DNA from: Saccostrea cucullata | Taxonomy: Eukaryota | Reading direction: 5' to 3' | DNA: 64,000 nt | Assembly (NCBI RefSeq): GCF_032062105.1 | Contig: NW_026933969.1 | Coordinates: 1-64,000 of the forward strand | Shown: piece after piece, positions 62,498-64,000 of the stretch | Numbering within the stretch: the stretch's first letter is position 1 | How the letters are laid out: every line of letters begins with the position of its first letter | Notes under the pieces: generated by a model | Told to the model about the DNA's origin: nothing | The model's database searches: none | Seen by the model: the letters and a program-made list of their open reading frames with translations, nothing else | Translations under genes and position numbers: made by a program

Positions 62498-63213
62498 TAA
62501 TCTTAACGAGATGGGTAGAGACTGAAAATTTGGACTGACGTCTACTACCCATCTCAGACCATTCCCACACAACGTGATTCGGGGTCTTTTGCTCCAATTT
62601 TGGCAGCTCGTTTCAATAAATACAGGCTGAAATGAATTAGCTGCCCGCCTCAACTTTTTCCTTTGAACATCCCTTAAAGTCTCTATCACTATAAAACTTT
62701 CCTTTCTTACCTTTAAAAGGTTTAAATCCAATAAAATATAAAGTTGTTTATTTTTCCTGACAGCATGATGGCTGTTTGCTATTCATTTAAATCTCCGCTG
62801 CTGAAGAGTTCCACAATAATCTTTTTCAAATAATTCGTTCTACTACTATTTCTTATATGAATCATCTATAGTATGAATTATTTGAAACAGATAATTATGG
62901 AACTCTTCAGCAGCGGAGGTTTAAATGAATAGCAAACAGCTATCATGCTGTGAGGAAAAATAAACAACTTTATATTTTATTGGATTTAAACCTTTTAAAG
63001 GTAAGAAAGGAAAGTTTTATAGTGATAGAGACTTTAAGGGATGTTCAAAGGAAAAAGTTGAGGCGGGCAGCTGATTCATTTCAGCCTGTATTTATTGAAA
63101 CGAGCTGCCGAAGTCGGAGCAAAAAACCCCGAATCACGTTGTGTGGAAATGGTCTGAGATGGGTAGTAAACGTCAGTCCAAAATTTCAGTCTCTACCCAT
63201 CTCGCTGAGATTA
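62498..63213. mobile_element. Foldback DNA transposon: ~345-bp TIRs, ~26-bp spacer, 9-bp TSD
   Basis: Arms 62498-62842 and 62869-63213; aaatacgac at 62489-62497 and 63214-63222. Confidence 0.9.
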
Positions 63214-64000
63214 AAATACGACGGGCTCATCGACAGGTGTGTGTGGAGAGGGGGTGCGAACAAGAGTATGGAAGGTGAACAATAGCATCCCCTCCGCTCC
63301 AGCCAGATTTTTAAAAAATAATTATCATTTTTGCGTTCTTGTGCATTGTTGATTTTTTTTTCGCAAATTAAGTAAATGCAATCTAGTAGTATAAACTATA
63401 AAATATAAAGGAGATGGGTGAACTTAGCGTACAGAAAGCCCACTAGCTTCAGATATATAAACATCATACTAGTATTCAAATTGTGAATTTAGTATTTAGA
63501 GTAAACATGGTAAAGTTCTCATCATTGTTTTTTGTAAAATCATGATAAACAAATTGTTTTGAGGATTTTTTTAAAATAAAATTTATTCTTTTAATAACAA
63601 AAAATAATGTGGTATCCATTGGGTTTGAACCCTGGCAATAAAAATCCTGAGTTGCATTCTCTATTGAGACTAGCACGCTAACCACTGCGCTACACAAGTC
63701 CTGATGAAGTGTGGCATTTAAATCATGTTTGTGATATGACCATTGACTTAAGGGACTTCAAGTATTACTTGAAAAGATACGAAAGTTATGTCAAAAAATT
63801 ATATTTTTAAGGTATAGTGGGTCTTTGCTCCATAATTTTGGAAACCAACATATGTATGTTTGTATGCAAACTTTGAGGATTAACTCTCAGAAATATGGAG
63901 AGAAGACACACTCATATCGAAAAATAGTGTTACAAAGTGAAAAACTGACTCGTTTTGTCCTCTTTCGTGTGTGTACAGTATTTCATAAGCAAATAACTTC

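Noticed and set aside
62444-63285. Divergent pair of near-identical small ORFs
   Set aside because: Mirror translations of the two TIR arms; no recognisable domain.

Overview
This is AT-rich eukaryotic genomic DNA, very probably from a bivalve (oyster-like). That is inferred from spliceosomal introns and Helentron-borne ~166-bp satellites. I assembled three spliced host genes exon by exon with consistent intron phases: SRPRB (+, 7 exons, 256 aa), SZRD1 (-, 5 exons, 155 aa) and TTC36 (+, 4 exons, 186 aa), the last two head-to-head. There are also three single-exon CDSs: a tandem pair of divergent class A GPCRs (+) and a GT31 beta-1,3-galactosyltransferase (-). SZRD1 introns hold two apparently intact autonomous transposons: a ~5-kb CR1/L2-group LINE and a ~4.2-kb hAT with a spliced 703-aa transposase and a 7-bp flanking duplication. 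The rest is dense, often nested, non-autonomous elements (Helentron-like, Kolobok-like, EnSpm-like, Harbinger- and mariner-type MITEs, foldbacks, tRNA-derived pieces). The most striking observation is in the LINE. ORF1 (SGNH esterase + CCHC knuckles) and ORF2 (APE-RT) are in the same frame, separated by one TAG followed by a possible hairpin, and ORF2 has no usable AUG. This makes it a candidate gag-pol-like stop-codon readthrough system. All family assignments come from motif recognition; no database search was run.
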